Positions 13,614 to 26,469 of a stretch of DNA of 64,000 nt are shown here, piece by piece; the first letter of the stretch is position 1, and each line of letters opens with the position of its first letter. A program made the translations under genes and the position numbers. The DNA comes from Eledone cirrhosa (taxonomy: Eukaryota). The notes beneath the pieces were generated by a model, which was given only the letters and a program-made list of their open reading frames with translations, was not told where the DNA came from and made no database searches. Location of the stretch: positions 213,652,001 to 213,716,000 of the forward strand of contig OZ024742.1 of the NCBI GenBank assembly GCA_964016885.1, given 5' to 3'.

Positions 13614-15476
13614 TTACTTTTTGGGGGGAGGGGTGATTTTAGTTGCTGTTTTCTTCTTGTTGCTGTTTGGTGTGTGTGTGTTTTGTTTTGTTTGCGTTGT
13701 TGGTGTTTTTGGTGATGCTGATGGTGGTGTGGTTGTTGTTGACGGTGGTGCTTGTGGTGGTGATGGTGATGGTTGTGGTGTTGCTGCAAGTTTCCTGGCT
13801 GCCTTTACCCCTCTTTGTGTGCCTTCGCTTTTGGAGGGTGAAGCTAAGGGTCTTTTCCTTTTTTGTTTTTTGTGGCAGACCGTTTGCCACTTCACTCCCG
13901 CCTCAAACTCCATGTCGGATTCCGTGGCGTCTGGGAGGGGTATATGCTTCACGGCTGTTGGTGATGGTAGTGGAGCCCTCTCCGGCAATTTTGTTGCTGG
14001 TGCAACTACTGCAAATGTAGCTACTGGTGTTGCCGCCACTGATGCTGCTGCTTTAGTTGTCCGTGGCCTTGGTACGGGTGCCACGGACGTTGCCCTACTA
14101 CTCACCGTGGAAGGGGCTTCTGTGTTTGTTTCCTGCCCTGCTCTTGGTAGCAGCAGACCAGGTATTGGAAGGAGAGGGGCCTTCTTCTTCGCTGTCTTCT
14201 GCTGGCAAAAGCCCCTGAGGTGACCCTTTGACCCACAGAGATAACATTTTGGCCGTCTTCTTTCTACGCTTATAGGGAGTTGGAGTCCTTCCTCGAGGTC
14301 TATGATATCGGGGATAGCGTCGATACACTCCTGGACAGTTTCGCATTTGCATGCCTATACCTGACCAGTTCTCTTTCCCTATTTTCTCTACTTGCAGCAT
14401 GGTCGTCCTGTCTTCGATTCCAGCAAGGACAGACGCGGCCAGCCAAGGTTGGGGCACGTCGGGTGGGACCCGGGTCACTTTGAGCCTCACAATTTTCTGC
14501 CCGCAAGTAGGAGGGCACCAAGACTATCTCCTCACTCTTTAGGGGTTCAAAAGAGTGAGACTTCGCTTCTTGAGGGGTGGCGAAAAGTACGTCTACTGTG
14601 GCGTACTTTCTACCTCGGGTGATGTGGGTTTTGCGTGCCCAGACGCACCCCAAGGCCTTTTGTATTTGAGCCTCCGTGGCTCTCTCCACCCGATGTGAGA
14701 TTTTGCTTACGGTGCGGTAAGTCACCGTCCGTAGCTGCTGGTCCTTTAAAAAAATCGGATGGAGGTTTCAGGGAGACTCTATTGGCGCTTCTTGTCACCA
14801 TGGCCCTTGCGACGGCCATCTCCTCCTCTATGACTAACACTGTTTCGATATTTCGGGCGACACCTGCAAAAGAAGTGGTCCCTTTTTCAGCAGCACCACT
14901 ATTGCTGCCGCTTCTGGTCTTATTGGTGGTGCTGAGGTCGCTATTACAGGTATCGGTGTCATTGTTGTTGTTTTCGTTGGTACAGTTGTTGGTGTTGTTG
15001 TTGTTGTTTTCGTTGATACTGTTGCTGTTGTTACTGTTATTGTGGCTGTTGTTATTATTGTTGTTTTTGTTGATACTGTTCCTACTATTATTGTTGTTGT
15101 GGCTGTTGTTATTGTCATTGTTATTGTCGTTGTCGACCTTACCGCTGTTAATTTTGTTATTGTCGTTCTCGACTTTACCGCTGTTATTTTTGTTGTTGTT
15201 GTTATTGTTGGTGTTGTTGTTGGTGTTATTGTTGGTGTTGTTTGTGTTAGAAATATTTGGTAATTTTAAATCTGTAACAATATCATTAAAAATGATATTG
15301 TTCCTCTTTTCCTTCGTAATATTTTCTTTTATATTTACCTTCGCTAGAACGCTGTCTTGTTGACATACTGATAAAGTCTCCCTCTCCCCGTGTTGTATGA
15401 CAGCGCTCTCTCTCTTTCTTGTGTTATACATGTTGAAATTTTTTTTCCAAAAAATATTTTTACACAAATACGACAC
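13614..15476 (-). pseudogene. LINE ORF1 with Asn-rich insert, frameshifted
   Basis: VERATEAQIQKALGCVWARKTHITRG aligns with copy 1 VERASESQIQIALGHVWARKTHIRRG; KWQTVCHKKQKRKR. Confidence 0.75.
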
Positions 15477-15643
15477 CCCGTAAAGGGGTGCCGTATTATT
15501 TACAACTGAACCCCTTTATTAGATGGGTCACTTCGTCTAAACTTTTATCAAATTTAAAACTTTAAAACGGTTGAAAACGAGGTAAAACGTTGAAAAAAAC
15601 TGGAGGCGATAAGAAGCGTGGCTTCACCAACAATAATAATAAT

Positions 15644-16020
15644 AATTGTTTCTACTATTGGCACAAGGCCAGCAACTATCCCAGTGTATTACTGGTACTT
15701 TATTTTATCGACCCCGCAAGGATGAAAGGCAAAGTTAATTGTTTCTACTTTTGGCACAAGGCCAGCAATTATCCCAGTGTATTACTGGTACTTTATTTTA
15801 TCGACCCCGCAAGGATGAAAGGCAAAGTTAATTGTTTCTACTTTTGGCACAAGGCCAGCAATTATCCCAGTGTATTACTGGTACTTTATTTTATCGACCC
15901 CGTAAGGATGAAAGGCAAAATTAACCTTGGCGGGATTTGAACTAAGACCATAAAGGGCCGTAACTCTTTGCTGCAAAGCATGGCGTCCGACCCTCTACCG
16001 ATACTGCCAATCCACCGCCC
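15644..16020 (-). mobile_element. tRNA SINE with 3' half present in three tandem ~93-bp copies
   Basis: Units start at ~15644, 15737 and 15830 (aattgtttctact...gaaaggcaaa); one tRNA head at ~15925-16020. Confidence 0.85.
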
Positions 16021-16054
16021 TTAATAATAGTAATAATAATAAAAAGGACGATAT

Positions 16055-16298
16055 GTTATGTCTTCATTACGTTTATTGAGTAGTGACTAGCGTTTCGCTA
16101 TTGATCAGCTCAAGGTTCGATCTGTATTGATCTTGCCCGACTCTAGAATCAAAAGCTCGTCGGACCTTTGTTGTGGTAATGACAGAGTTCCAACGAACTT
16201 TTGATTCCAGAGTGGGGCTAGATCGATACAGATCGAACCTTGAGCTGATCAATACCGAAATGCGCGTCGCTACTCAATAAACGTAATGAAGTCATAAC
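16055..16298. repeat. Palindromic PLE pLTR remnant, family E
   Basis: Arms ttatgtcttcattacgtttattgagtag...aatcaaaag and cttttgatt...aataaacgtaatgaagtcataa; related to 62700-62800. Confidence 0.7.
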
Positions 16299-16324
16299 CC
16301 TTTTTATTATTATTACACTGCCTA

Positions 16325-16512
16325 GGGCGGTGGATTGGCAGTATCGGTAGAGGGTCGGACGCCATGCTTTCCAGCATAGTTACGTCCCTTTACGATCTGG
16401 GTTCAAATCCCGCCGTGGTTGACTTTGCCTTTCATCCTTACGGGGTCGATAAAATAAAGTACCAGTAATGCACTGGGAAATTGCTGGCCTTGTGCCTAAA
16501 GTAGAAACAATT
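16325..16512 (+). mobile_element. tRNA SINE
   Basis: Full copy with target-site duplication attattattacactgc. Confidence 0.88.
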
Positions 16513-16608
16513 ATTATTACACTGCTTTGTTCTACACCTCTATACTTACTGGAAACTACGCATCGAGTGCTCACTCTGGTGAATCTACAGTAACTGGACG
16601 TTACATTA

Positions 16609-16651
<43 letters not shown>

Positions 16652-16752
16652 GCTGAATTACCCGACATTGCCCGGGTTACTGCTGTTCTTATTCAGATTA
16701 GTAAATAATAAATATGAAGATATGCTTTTTTTCTCATAATTATTTCAAAATA

Positions 16753-18163
16753 TCTATCTATACTATAAATCTGACGGCCGTATTTATGTAACAACCTTTT
16801 TTCCAAACGGCTGGACCAAACAGCACCAAATTTGCACAATAGATGTAACTTTTTCCAAGTAAAAAAGTGAGGGTATTTTCGTCTACTGAATTTTGTTAAA
16901 AGATTAAAGACATTATTTAAATATTCTCTTCTTTAAAATTTCAAATGTCAACACTTCCGGTTATACGTCATTCCTCACTTTTTCTTATAACGTCGCACAA
17001 CATTCCCCTCTTTTTCTTGGTCTGTCTTTTTAGATAGATAAATAGCTATAACGTAGCGCCCTTATAATATGTCTCTGTATGTCTGACCGTCAGCATTAGA
17101 TAACGATTTTCGAAATATTTACTTCTGCGTTCAGAGACTGATTGTTTTAGTTAAGGATGAAAGCGGCGATTCTTTGCTTAATGTTATTTTAATATATATA
17201 TATTCGTGTACAGATATTTTTGCATACACAAAAACAAAAACCGATTTATTTCACGAAAGCACAGGCGGCTTATCGTCATTGTTACTGTTCGAGGTTAAAG
17301 GACCACAGTCTTTCCAATATCTGAGAACCATAAATGGCCATCAATGTTCCACTTACCGTTTGGCTTGCCAGATGCGTCGTATATTACACGATGACAGCGA
17401 TTGGCACCTCACCCTGCAAGAAGCAGCAACTGCTAAAGTCCCTTCTCAGCTGCGAAAACCTTTTGCTATTACGCTGCACAACTGCGATCTCGCCGACCTT
17501 CTCGCACTGTGGAACAACCACTGCGAAAGTCTAGCTGAGGACATCCTCCACCGCACACGCAGACACAATACGAACGTAACATACGATGTCGTTTTCAATG
17601 AGGCGCTTATTTGTCTTGAAAACAGTGTCCTGGGGATTGGTGGTAGGCCTCTAAGTCACTACAGCTTACCTGCTCCTGACAGGAGTGTCCAGAGGTCAAC
17701 GTCTACAGATCTTCTCTGCGAGACGAGCTACGAAATCAGTGATTCTCCCATGGTCAATTGTATGTAGGATGCTCTAGGGTGAGCTCGCCAAACAATCTCT
17801 TCATCTTTGCTCCGGAGGGCCGAACAAAAAATATTGTATACTCTGAGGCTCTAACAATGTAATTTAAATATTTTCTGTTACTTGGAATTTCCATTATGGT
17901 TGTACAAATTATTGTTTGTTAAAAAATGTGTTCTTTGTTCAGCCTTTATTGTTGTAACTATCAATTTTCTTTAACGTACTGGCTGCTGAACTGGGGAATC
18001 ATAAAAACTATTCAAACCCGACATCAGAGCACGTTAACACGCTCCCACCGCCTCGCTGACTTGAGAGGGCGTGTGGTATCTTTGCACTGGGGTGGAGGGG
18101 GGATTCCTGAAAAGATAAAATGCCGGTATACCTAGCCGGGCGCCAGCCGGACGGGTCAGCTAG
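16753..18163 (+). mobile_element. Internally deleted Helitron (inner, nested)
   Basis: 5' TCtatctatactata...caaacggctggaccaaa; 3' hairpin ccgggcgccagccgg then cagCTAG|t; carries RepHel fragments. Confidence 0.8.
17275..17862 (+). pseudogene. Helitron RepHel (Pif1-like helicase) fragments
   Basis: LLLFEVKGPQSFQYLRTING..TYRLAC..W..TLQEA...PSQLR..F, fused by deletion to the C-terminal FSHGQLYVGCSRV...TKNIVYSEAL*. Confidence 0.85.
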
Positions 18164-19004
18164 TATTTTATAAAAATAAAGTATCAAAATTAAATGATAA
18201 TAGAACTTAGAAATGAAAATCTGTCAAACTTGAAGCACCTTAGGGTAAACAATATTCATTGTGTAATTTTTTGTTGGTGTCCAAATGAATAAATTGTTAC
18301 TCACACACTCACACATACATATACTAAGACAGACGTACACAGACATACATTCACGCAGACACACACATATTATTTCACCTAATTTTTTTGTCAGTCGCTC
18401 CACTAAATGAAAATTACAATTATCACACATACATTCACACACACATACACTCACACATGCACTCACACATGCACTCACACACACACAGACATACATATAC
18501 TGAGACAGACACACACAAACATACATTCACGTACACCTGTCTGTCATCACATATGTTTCTGTATGTGTCGATGTGTGTTTGTGTGTTTAATTCTCTGAGG
18601 ACTAACGCAAGCAACGAACTCGCAAACACACACACACTCACAGACACATACACACTCATATTCAAAATGTGACGGTCACCGTCGTCGTCGTAGTCGTGGT
18701 GGTGGTTTACTATAGTTCACTATAGAAATATTATTTTAGATAAAATGTCATTGTTTTAATCCAAATGAAAATAAAAATTTACATGTTGACACTCATGGGG
18801 TCGACTACTATTACCTAGTAAATTTTGATTTGATTTGGTCCAGCCGTTTGAGAATGCATAGGAACAGGCAGAGAGAGAGAGAGACAGAATTATATATATA
18901 TATATATTAAATAAATGGAAACTGTATTTATAAAATATCCAGGAATAACTTGAACCGTTAAGATCCTATTCCTGGTTATGTCAATATTTATATAAGAACC
19001 TTTG

Positions 19005-19065
19005 TATTTTATCTGAAGAGAGCGTACCAAAGTTTTTGTGCCTTTGAAATATATATAATAGAATA
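19005..19065 (+). ncRNA. Type I hammerhead (family C), degenerate stem II
   Basis: tattttat-CTGAAGA-...-GAAA-tatata-TA-atagaata inside a small fold-back at 18905-19108. Confidence 0.55.
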
Positions 19066-19104
19066 AATATGGTTTCATAAATATAGTTTCCATTTATTTA
19101 ATAT

Positions 19105-19189
<85 letters not shown>

Positions 19190-19196
<7 letters not shown>

Positions 19197-20022
19197 GGTT
19201 TAGCAAATAAGAAAAAGTTTCAAAATAAATTTCAAAAAATTCACTGTACTCACTATGGTTACCTTTACCGAATCGGTTTCGAGTCTCAAAAATAAATGGA
19301 CAGTCCTTGCGGCCTTCCATTGAAAATATAAACTCTCGTCAGAAGGTTCTTTTCACACGGAGAATATAAAATTCCCGAGTTCAAATTACGAACTGGCGCT
19401 ATTCAAAATTGTTCCAGAGATGAGAATGAATGATGTGGAAGCAATTCTATCCAGTGCCGTGTGTAAAGATAGAAGCAAAGGCAGGGAGGTCAGTCTACTA
19501 CCACTATAAATAGCAGCAGTCAAAACGACCAAATTTTTCTCGACCAAGAGGAGGATAATAATAATAAAGTATATATCCCTACACTCAAAAAGCGTCCAGG
19601 GACACATGTATTGTCCAACCATATGCCAATGTGGTTCAATGGCAGGTTAATAAATTAACAAGCCAGAACATATATAATTAAGGTTTAGCAAATAAGAAAA
19701 AGTTTCAAAATAAATTTCAAAAAATTCACTGTACTCACTATGGTTACCTTTACCGAATCGGTTTCGAGTCTCAAAAATAAATGGACAGTCCTTGCGGCCT
19801 TCCATTGAAAAGACAACCGATTTGGTAAAGGTAACCATAGTGAGTACAGTGAATTTTTTGAAATTTATTTTGAAACTTTTTCTTATTTGCTAAACCTTAA
19901 TTATATATGTTCTGGCTCGTTAATTTATTAACCTGCCATTGAACCACATTGGCACATGGTTGGACAATACATGTGTCCCTGGACGCTTTTTGCGTCTAGG
20001 GATATATACTTTATTATTATTA
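19190..20022. mobile_element. PLE pLTR family G: tandem plus inverted copies
   Basis: 19190-19325 repeats at 19675-19810; 19557-19763 is inverted against 19815-20022. Confidence 0.75.
19261..19347 (-). ncRNA. Type I hammerhead ribozyme, canonical core (family G)
   Basis: Reverse complement: acctt-CTGACGA-gagttt...agactc-GAAA-ccgattcgg-TA-aaggt. Confidence 0.8.
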
Positions 20023-20566
20023 TATATTTCTGAGTTTAGAACTTTAGTAGGGATTATCAAAACTTCGTAAATTTTCTGAAATTTTTTAACGAAACCTCTT
20101 AGAAAAAAAATTTTTTTCTTTAGAAGGAATTTTTTAGGAAACTTTATATTTTTTTAGGAAACTTTATATTTTTATTTTTTTATTTTTTTATTTTTTTATT
20201 TTTTTATTTTTTTAGTCTCTTAATCTCTTCTGGTTTGTTAGGTTTATTGGGGCTTATAAGCTTTATGCACTTATTGGGGGATTTTTTAAGGTGATTCTAC
20301 GAGATCCCAAGTCTTTTACTTTTAATGCGTAACTTATAAATTCTCTAATTTTTAACCTTCAATCCCTAACTCTTAGGTCCTTTTCAAATTCTCGTAACTC
20401 CCTATAACCCATCCCTTTTACAAATCCTACAACTAATATAAAAGAGCCCCCTTAGAATATAGACCCCAAATATACAAGCGGAGCTGTTGATGTATACCAC
20501 AATTTCAAACTGCTAATCTTGAGTGAAACGTTGATGTAAATAATGCACTTACAATCACCTGTTATA

Positions 20567-20613
20567 TGCCTTGAAAAGTCCCACCATATGGTCGGACGAA
20601 ACGGCTGTCGGCA
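20567..20613 (+). ncRNA. Type I hammerhead, U3-A8 core variant
   Basis: tgcc-TTGAAAA-gtcc(caccatatggtc)ggac-GAAA-cggctg-TC-ggca, followed by AATAAA and (TA)n. Confidence 0.75.
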
Positions 20614-20679
20614 ATAAACTTATTATAATGTCATAATAGTTCCTTTGTTCTTTTTCATTAATATATATATATATATATA

Positions 20680-21090
20680 TATTTATTAAAATAACAGATT
20701 AAAGTTTAAGCAAAGAATCGCTGCTTTCACCCTTAACGGGATCTTCTGAAACTTTAATCTGTTATTTTAATAAATATTTGCTCTACGGTTCTTATATATT
20801 TGATATATATTTATCCTTATCGAGCCCTCTTTGGATTTTAGTCTTCAAATTTATTATTATTGCTATATATATATATATATATATATATAGTAATAATAAT
20901 AAATATGAAGACAAAATTCAAAATTCAAAGATAAGGATAAATATATATCAAATATATAAGAACCGTAGAGCAAATATTTATTAAAATAACGGATTAAAGT
21001 TTAAGCAAAGAATCGCTACTTTCACCCTTAACGGGATCTTCTGAAACTAACCTGAAAGCAGGGATTCTTAGCTTAAACTTTAATCTGTTA

Positions 21091-21100
<10 letters not shown>
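20680..21100. mobile_element. pLTR-like family B, nested inverted/direct copies with A4-variant hammerheads
   Basis: Hammerhead fold on the minus strand at 20701-20755 and ~20998-21048; related to 25380-25838 and 17100-17190. Confidence 0.6.
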
Positions 21101-21126
<26 letters not shown>

Positions 21127-21326
21127 GTGCGTGTACCATCTCACTTAAATGATATTTCCCCCTCTATATTACATATGTGATACCCTACTATATTTATACA
21201 GAATGATAAACGCATGAAAGCTAGCATTTATTTAACATTTAAAAAAATAATTTGACGAATTATGCTTGTAATGAATTGATTCGGCTTATCTTCCTTAACT
21301 TTCTTGGCATAACTTTTTTACCTTGT

Positions 21327-21932
<606 letters not shown>

Positions 21933-23342
21933 TATTTAAGTATCAGCCGTACTAAGAGTGAGAAATGAAATTTCATTTCATTCTTTTCCATATATATATA
22001 TATATTATAACGATTTTGTTAACATAATGAAATATGGAAGTAAATCCACTGGCACTATCTTAGAGAAGTAGACTTGCAATATCTAACAACATAAACCGGT
22101 ATGACATGGACAAACCGAGAAGAACATTAATCAAAGCTTTTATAGAATTTAACTGAAAAAATACGGCAAAACTCATTCCTACTGTAAGCCAAAGGAAGAA
22201 ACAATATATAAAATATTGGTTTAAACCTCCACATAGTTTTAATGTACTAAGTCCTTAATTACACTAATCACTTAAGATAAGTTAACAGAAAGTTTATAGA
22301 ACGTATATCTTCGCGAAATGGGGAAGTGGCTAGTGATTAGTGCCATGACAGATTTAGCTACATTTACACATTTAACACAACCAATCGAGGTCCTTAACAA
22401 CATGTCTCTAAGCCGCATTCTCTATCTTGATTTTTACTTATTTCCCTGTGTTGGTGAGACAGGCATGCTTACGCCTTGAAACCATTGGTAATGCAAACAT
22501 ATGTAAACTGTTAATATAAATGTTACATAAATGTCTAATAATAATAGAGCGTACAAGCCCCCCCCCCCCAGAAAGGAAAAATAATGGGCATTAGCGTGCG
22601 TAGGAATGTCCATTCATTTGTTCCGTTCTATGGTTTATACGCTGTCATAAGACTATTTTCTGTTGTAAGAAAAAAAAAAAAAAAAAATTCGGTAAAGTTA
22701 CTAATTCAATATAATTATCAAGTTCCCATGTCACTTTCTAATCCCGCAGCCGGAAAAAAAAAAAATCTTTTTCCTAACGAAACGAAAAAATTTATATTTT
22801 TCTCTATTTTCCTCGGTTGGTGATTTATTTTCGTTTCATTTCGTTACAAAAAAATATTTTTTCTCCAGTAGCGAGGCTACCTATATGTTTATTGTAGTTG
22901 AGTGTATTATATACGTTAATATATGTTTTCATATACACCTCTATTAAGCTTAAATGTTGTTTTAGTGCTTCCGCCAATTAAATATGACCGACCAAACTTA
23001 CAGTATATGCAAATGACGACTTCCAGCCGATGTTTTCTGCTTTACTGTATGCAAATGAGCATCTGCAAGATCACGCAAGATTCTATATAGACTATAGTCT
23101 ATATCATGCCAGTACATTCTGAGTGAGTGTCTTTGATGAGAGATTAACAAATCTTGAAACAGCTGTCTGACATTCTCGGGAAATTCTCCGAAGAAAATAG
23201 TCAAAAATAATTCTTTTCGATTCATTTCGTTACGAAAAAATAGTTTTTTCTTCAATGAGGTTACCCATACATTTATTGTATGTGAGGGTATTATATAATA
23301 GGTTTATATATGTTTTGATATACACCTCTATTCTGCTTAAAC

Positions 23343-23412
<70 letters not shown>

Positions 23413-23611
23413 ACTGTATATATATATTGTTTTTTGAAACCAATATTATATTAAGATCAGTTTGTGGTTCTATCTATATATGTATTAACTTTGTGGTTAT
23501 TCTTTTTCGGGTTTTGTCTGGAATTATTGATGTACATCCAGATTTCGGGTTTGTTATTTCTCCCTCGATAGCCTATTTCTGTGTTTAAATGATGGTGGTT
23601 GTCTTGGAATA

Positions 23612-24839
23612 AATCCTAACATCCAGTTTACTATGAACTTCAGTAACGAAAACATTCCATTTCTAAACAAACTAATAACAAAAAGAAAGGCAAAACCAGA
23701 AACAACCGACAATACTCCCTTTTACATCTTCTCATCCAACACACACCCGTACCAATATTCCATGTAACTTAGCTAAGCGAATCTTCACAATAGTCTCAAA
23801 CCCAACAAGATACCACTGACTAGAAGAGTTAAAAATAGTGAGCTATTTTCAAAATTAAAAACGAGTTCTTTTGTAATTCACTCAATTTAATATATATTAT
23901 AACATGTAAAGGTTATCATGAACATTACATTGATCAAACATACCTGAAACTCCGATAAATAATAACAGTACACCACCAACAAATTAGGGAACCGTTTACC
24001 ATAAAAATTCCTCTCAGTTAACATACAGAGAGTTGTGGAAGATGTAATTTGCTAAATTTCCATATTTCCAGATTCAATCAATGCAGCTATGCGGCATTAG
24101 AGCAACAAGGCATCACCAAGGGTATAGACTTTATATCTAAATACAAACCAAAATTTAACTTGTACTATAAGGCGTTGTCAAACCAGAGTCGCCACTCTTG
24201 TTTGGTGTTGTAATTTTTGTCATAAGTGAGATAAAGGATACAACAAGTTGCGTCCCTTGTTTAAAAAAAAAAGACAAAATGACAAACGACAGCACGTGGG
24301 AGATATAATTCGTGGGAGATATAATTCAACAAGGCATATAGCAACGTGGGAAAAACATATCCAATACCAACACAAATCAAAATGAAACTTTGAAAAGCTA
24401 TTCAGAGCGAAACCAGTTAGTACAAAAACTAATTAGATAAACATGACAATTTCCGAAACTCAGCTGTTCCGAAACAGCTGCGTTTCGGTGGATCAGGTAT
24501 TTGGAAGCAACTAGTGACATGTAAATAAACAAATAAATAAACAAATAAAAACAAACACACACAGACACCCGGATGTAACTCATGCGCAAACTAAGCACAC
24601 AACACACACAAACACAAGATGGCGTAGGACAGAACAAAGGAGAGGTACAAAATAAAAAATAAAGAAAAGAATCCCCAGTCACTGAAGAAGTCAGAGAATG
24701 TGTGACGAAAGAACTTTGACAATATGTGAACAACCATCCGGTTATAGAACCAACCAACCAACCGGAAATTTATAATAAATTGAAGTGAAAACAACTGGTG
24801 CGTGTGTTTTTTATTGGCAACATGACCCTCCCAAAGTAT

Positions 24840-24845
<6 letters not shown>
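23612..24845 (+). mobile_element. Decayed PLE: RT end, thumb, GIY-YIG remnant and family A pLTR
   Basis: PNIQFTMNFSNENIPFL..FTSSHPTHTRTNIPCNLAKRIFTIVS; NLIYIITCKGYHEHYIDQT; hammerhead at 24678-24720. Confidence 0.7.
24678..24720 (+). ncRNA. Minimal hammerhead, family A
   Basis: gtca-CTGAAGA-a-gtca...tgac-GAAA-gaa-CTT-tgac; further copies at 25106-25148 (-), 27512-27554 (-), 27812-27854 (+), 57377-57418 (-), 63465-63507 (+). Confidence 0.75.
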
Positions 24846-24909
<64 letters not shown>

Positions 24910-24919
24910 ATATATATAC

Positions 24920-25334
24920 TTCGTTTTTTATTTGAATTTGTTTTGCAAGATTTTTTATCTGAAAACGTGTTGAAATAAATATTCTTATACTTTGGGAGGG
25001 TCATGCTGCCAATAAAAACACACGCACCTGTTGGTTTTCACTTCAATTTATTATACATTTCACGCTGGTTGGTTGGTTCAATAACCCGATGGTTGTTTAT
25101 AAATTGTCAAAGTTCTTTCGTCACACATTCTGTGACCTCCTCAGTGACTGGTTTCTTATTTTGTGTCTTTCCTTTGTTCTGTTCTACACCATCTCGTTTT
25201 AGAGAAGGTCACATAATGTTTGACAAAAGAGCTTTGACAATATATAAACAACACTGCGGTTATTGAATCAACAAACCTGAAATTTATTATAAATTGATGT
25301 GAAAACAAGCAGATCCGTGTGTTTTTTATTGACA

Positions 25335-25336
<2 letters not shown>
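24920..25336. mobile_element. Family A pLTR, inverted pair
   Basis: 24920-25200 (-) followed by 25200-25336 (+). Confidence 0.7.
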
Positions 25337-25374
<38 letters not shown>

Positions 25375-25764
25375 ATAATAATAAATTTGAAGACTAAAAT
25401 CCAAAGAGGGCTCGACAAGGATAAATATATATCAAATATATAAGAACCGTAGAGCAAATATTTATTAAAATAACAGATTAAAGTTTATGACGCATTATCT
25501 TCGTTTTTTTCCGTTCATTGCCAGAGAACGTCTCTATGAACCACCTAAGAGAACATTAGTCTACGACCTCTTTTATACCATAAACGTGGTTCTGTCTTTG
25601 CGCGTAATTGTTTTTCTCCGCTCCTATTAATGACGTGTAATATTCGTTTTTTCCCGTTCTTTGCCAGCGAACGTTTCCACGAACCAAAGTATCGTCTTCC
25701 TGTCTTCCTCCAGTTGCAGCGTTTTTTGAAATATCCGCTTCTGCGTTTACAGATTGACTTTGTT

Positions 25765-25815
25765 AGTTTCAGAGGATCCCGTTAAGGGTGAAAGCGGCGA
25801 TTCTTTGCTTAAACT
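25765..25815 (+). ncRNA. Hammerhead-like fold with CAGAGGA core (family B)
   Basis: agttt-CAGAGGA-tccc gttaa gggt-GAAA-gc(ggcgattcttt)gc-TT-aaact. Confidence 0.55.
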
Positions 25816-26274
25816 TTAATCTGTTATTTTAATAAATATATATATATATATTTATACACACACTTACACACATATACATCTTCATCATCATCATCATCGC
25901 CATTATCATTATTTTTACGTCCATCTTTCCACGCTTATATATGTCCTTATATTAACATAGTTTTGCCCATAGCTTCGGACATACAAGCACACACACTCTT
26001 TTATTGACATATATACACACATATCCTCTTACGTTCGTACGGACGTATAATAACGCACAAACACACACACACACGCGCGCCCCTACGAACGCACACAAGT
26101 ATAGCTCTTTATACAAAACGGTTTGTTTTCCCCAGTTCAGGTAGACGCACTTCATTATCCACCTTTCTAAAAAAAGATATCATACAGAAAATGCCAGCAT
26201 CAACAGTTTTCCAAGAGATGGCATCGTGAATGGGCCGATTTTGCCCTGCCCGTCTCTTCAATCTTTGTAATTTG

Positions 26275-26403
26275 TCATTCTTTCTTCTGATGAACGACTA
26301 GCGTCCGAAACGTGAAAACCCTCTTCCTGCTAATTCAAGCGTTATACTAATATATTCCTTCCATATACTGTACCGATTGTGCTGTTATTTCTGTTTACCT
26401 TTT
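26275..26403 (+). mobile_element. pLTR family F with minimal hammerhead (also 60185-60312 and 62384-62513)
   Basis: Three dispersed copies; consensus tctt-CTGATGA-aa-gac tagc gtc-c-GAAA-cg-TT-aaga, each copy with a different lesion. Confidence 0.7.

Positions 26404-26469
<66 letters not shown>

Larger units (their letters stand above)
10028..15628 (-). mobile_element. Full-length L1/Tx1-type non-LTR retrotransposon, copy 2 (related subfamily, decayed)
   Basis: Homologous ORF1/ORF2 on the minus strand; 3' end cccttgtggccaataaagaaatcatta; 5' end abuts the (ATT)n tail of the SINE at 15644. Confidence 0.9.
16649..18895 (-). mobile_element. Non-autonomous Helitron (outer)
   Basis: Minus-strand 3' end cccgggcaatgtcgggtaattcagCTAG at 16649-16678; 5' motif caaacggctggaccaaa at ~18835-18850; helicase C-terminal remnant NNLFIWTPTKNYTMNIVYPKVL at 18224-18300. 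Confidence 0.7.

Noticed and set aside
4468-15363. Antisense Leu/Val/Gly-rich ORFs over LINE ORF1
   Set aside because: Shadow frames of low-complexity AAC/CCA-rich sense sequence.
15644-15925. CRISPR-like or coding tandem repeat (ORF 15590-15940)
   Set aside because: No unique spacers; the units are SINE 3' halves.
16240-16278. Hammerhead in family E (ctgatca...cgaaatgcgcgtc)
   Set aside because: Only the 3' half fits; no consistent core or stems I/II across the three copies.
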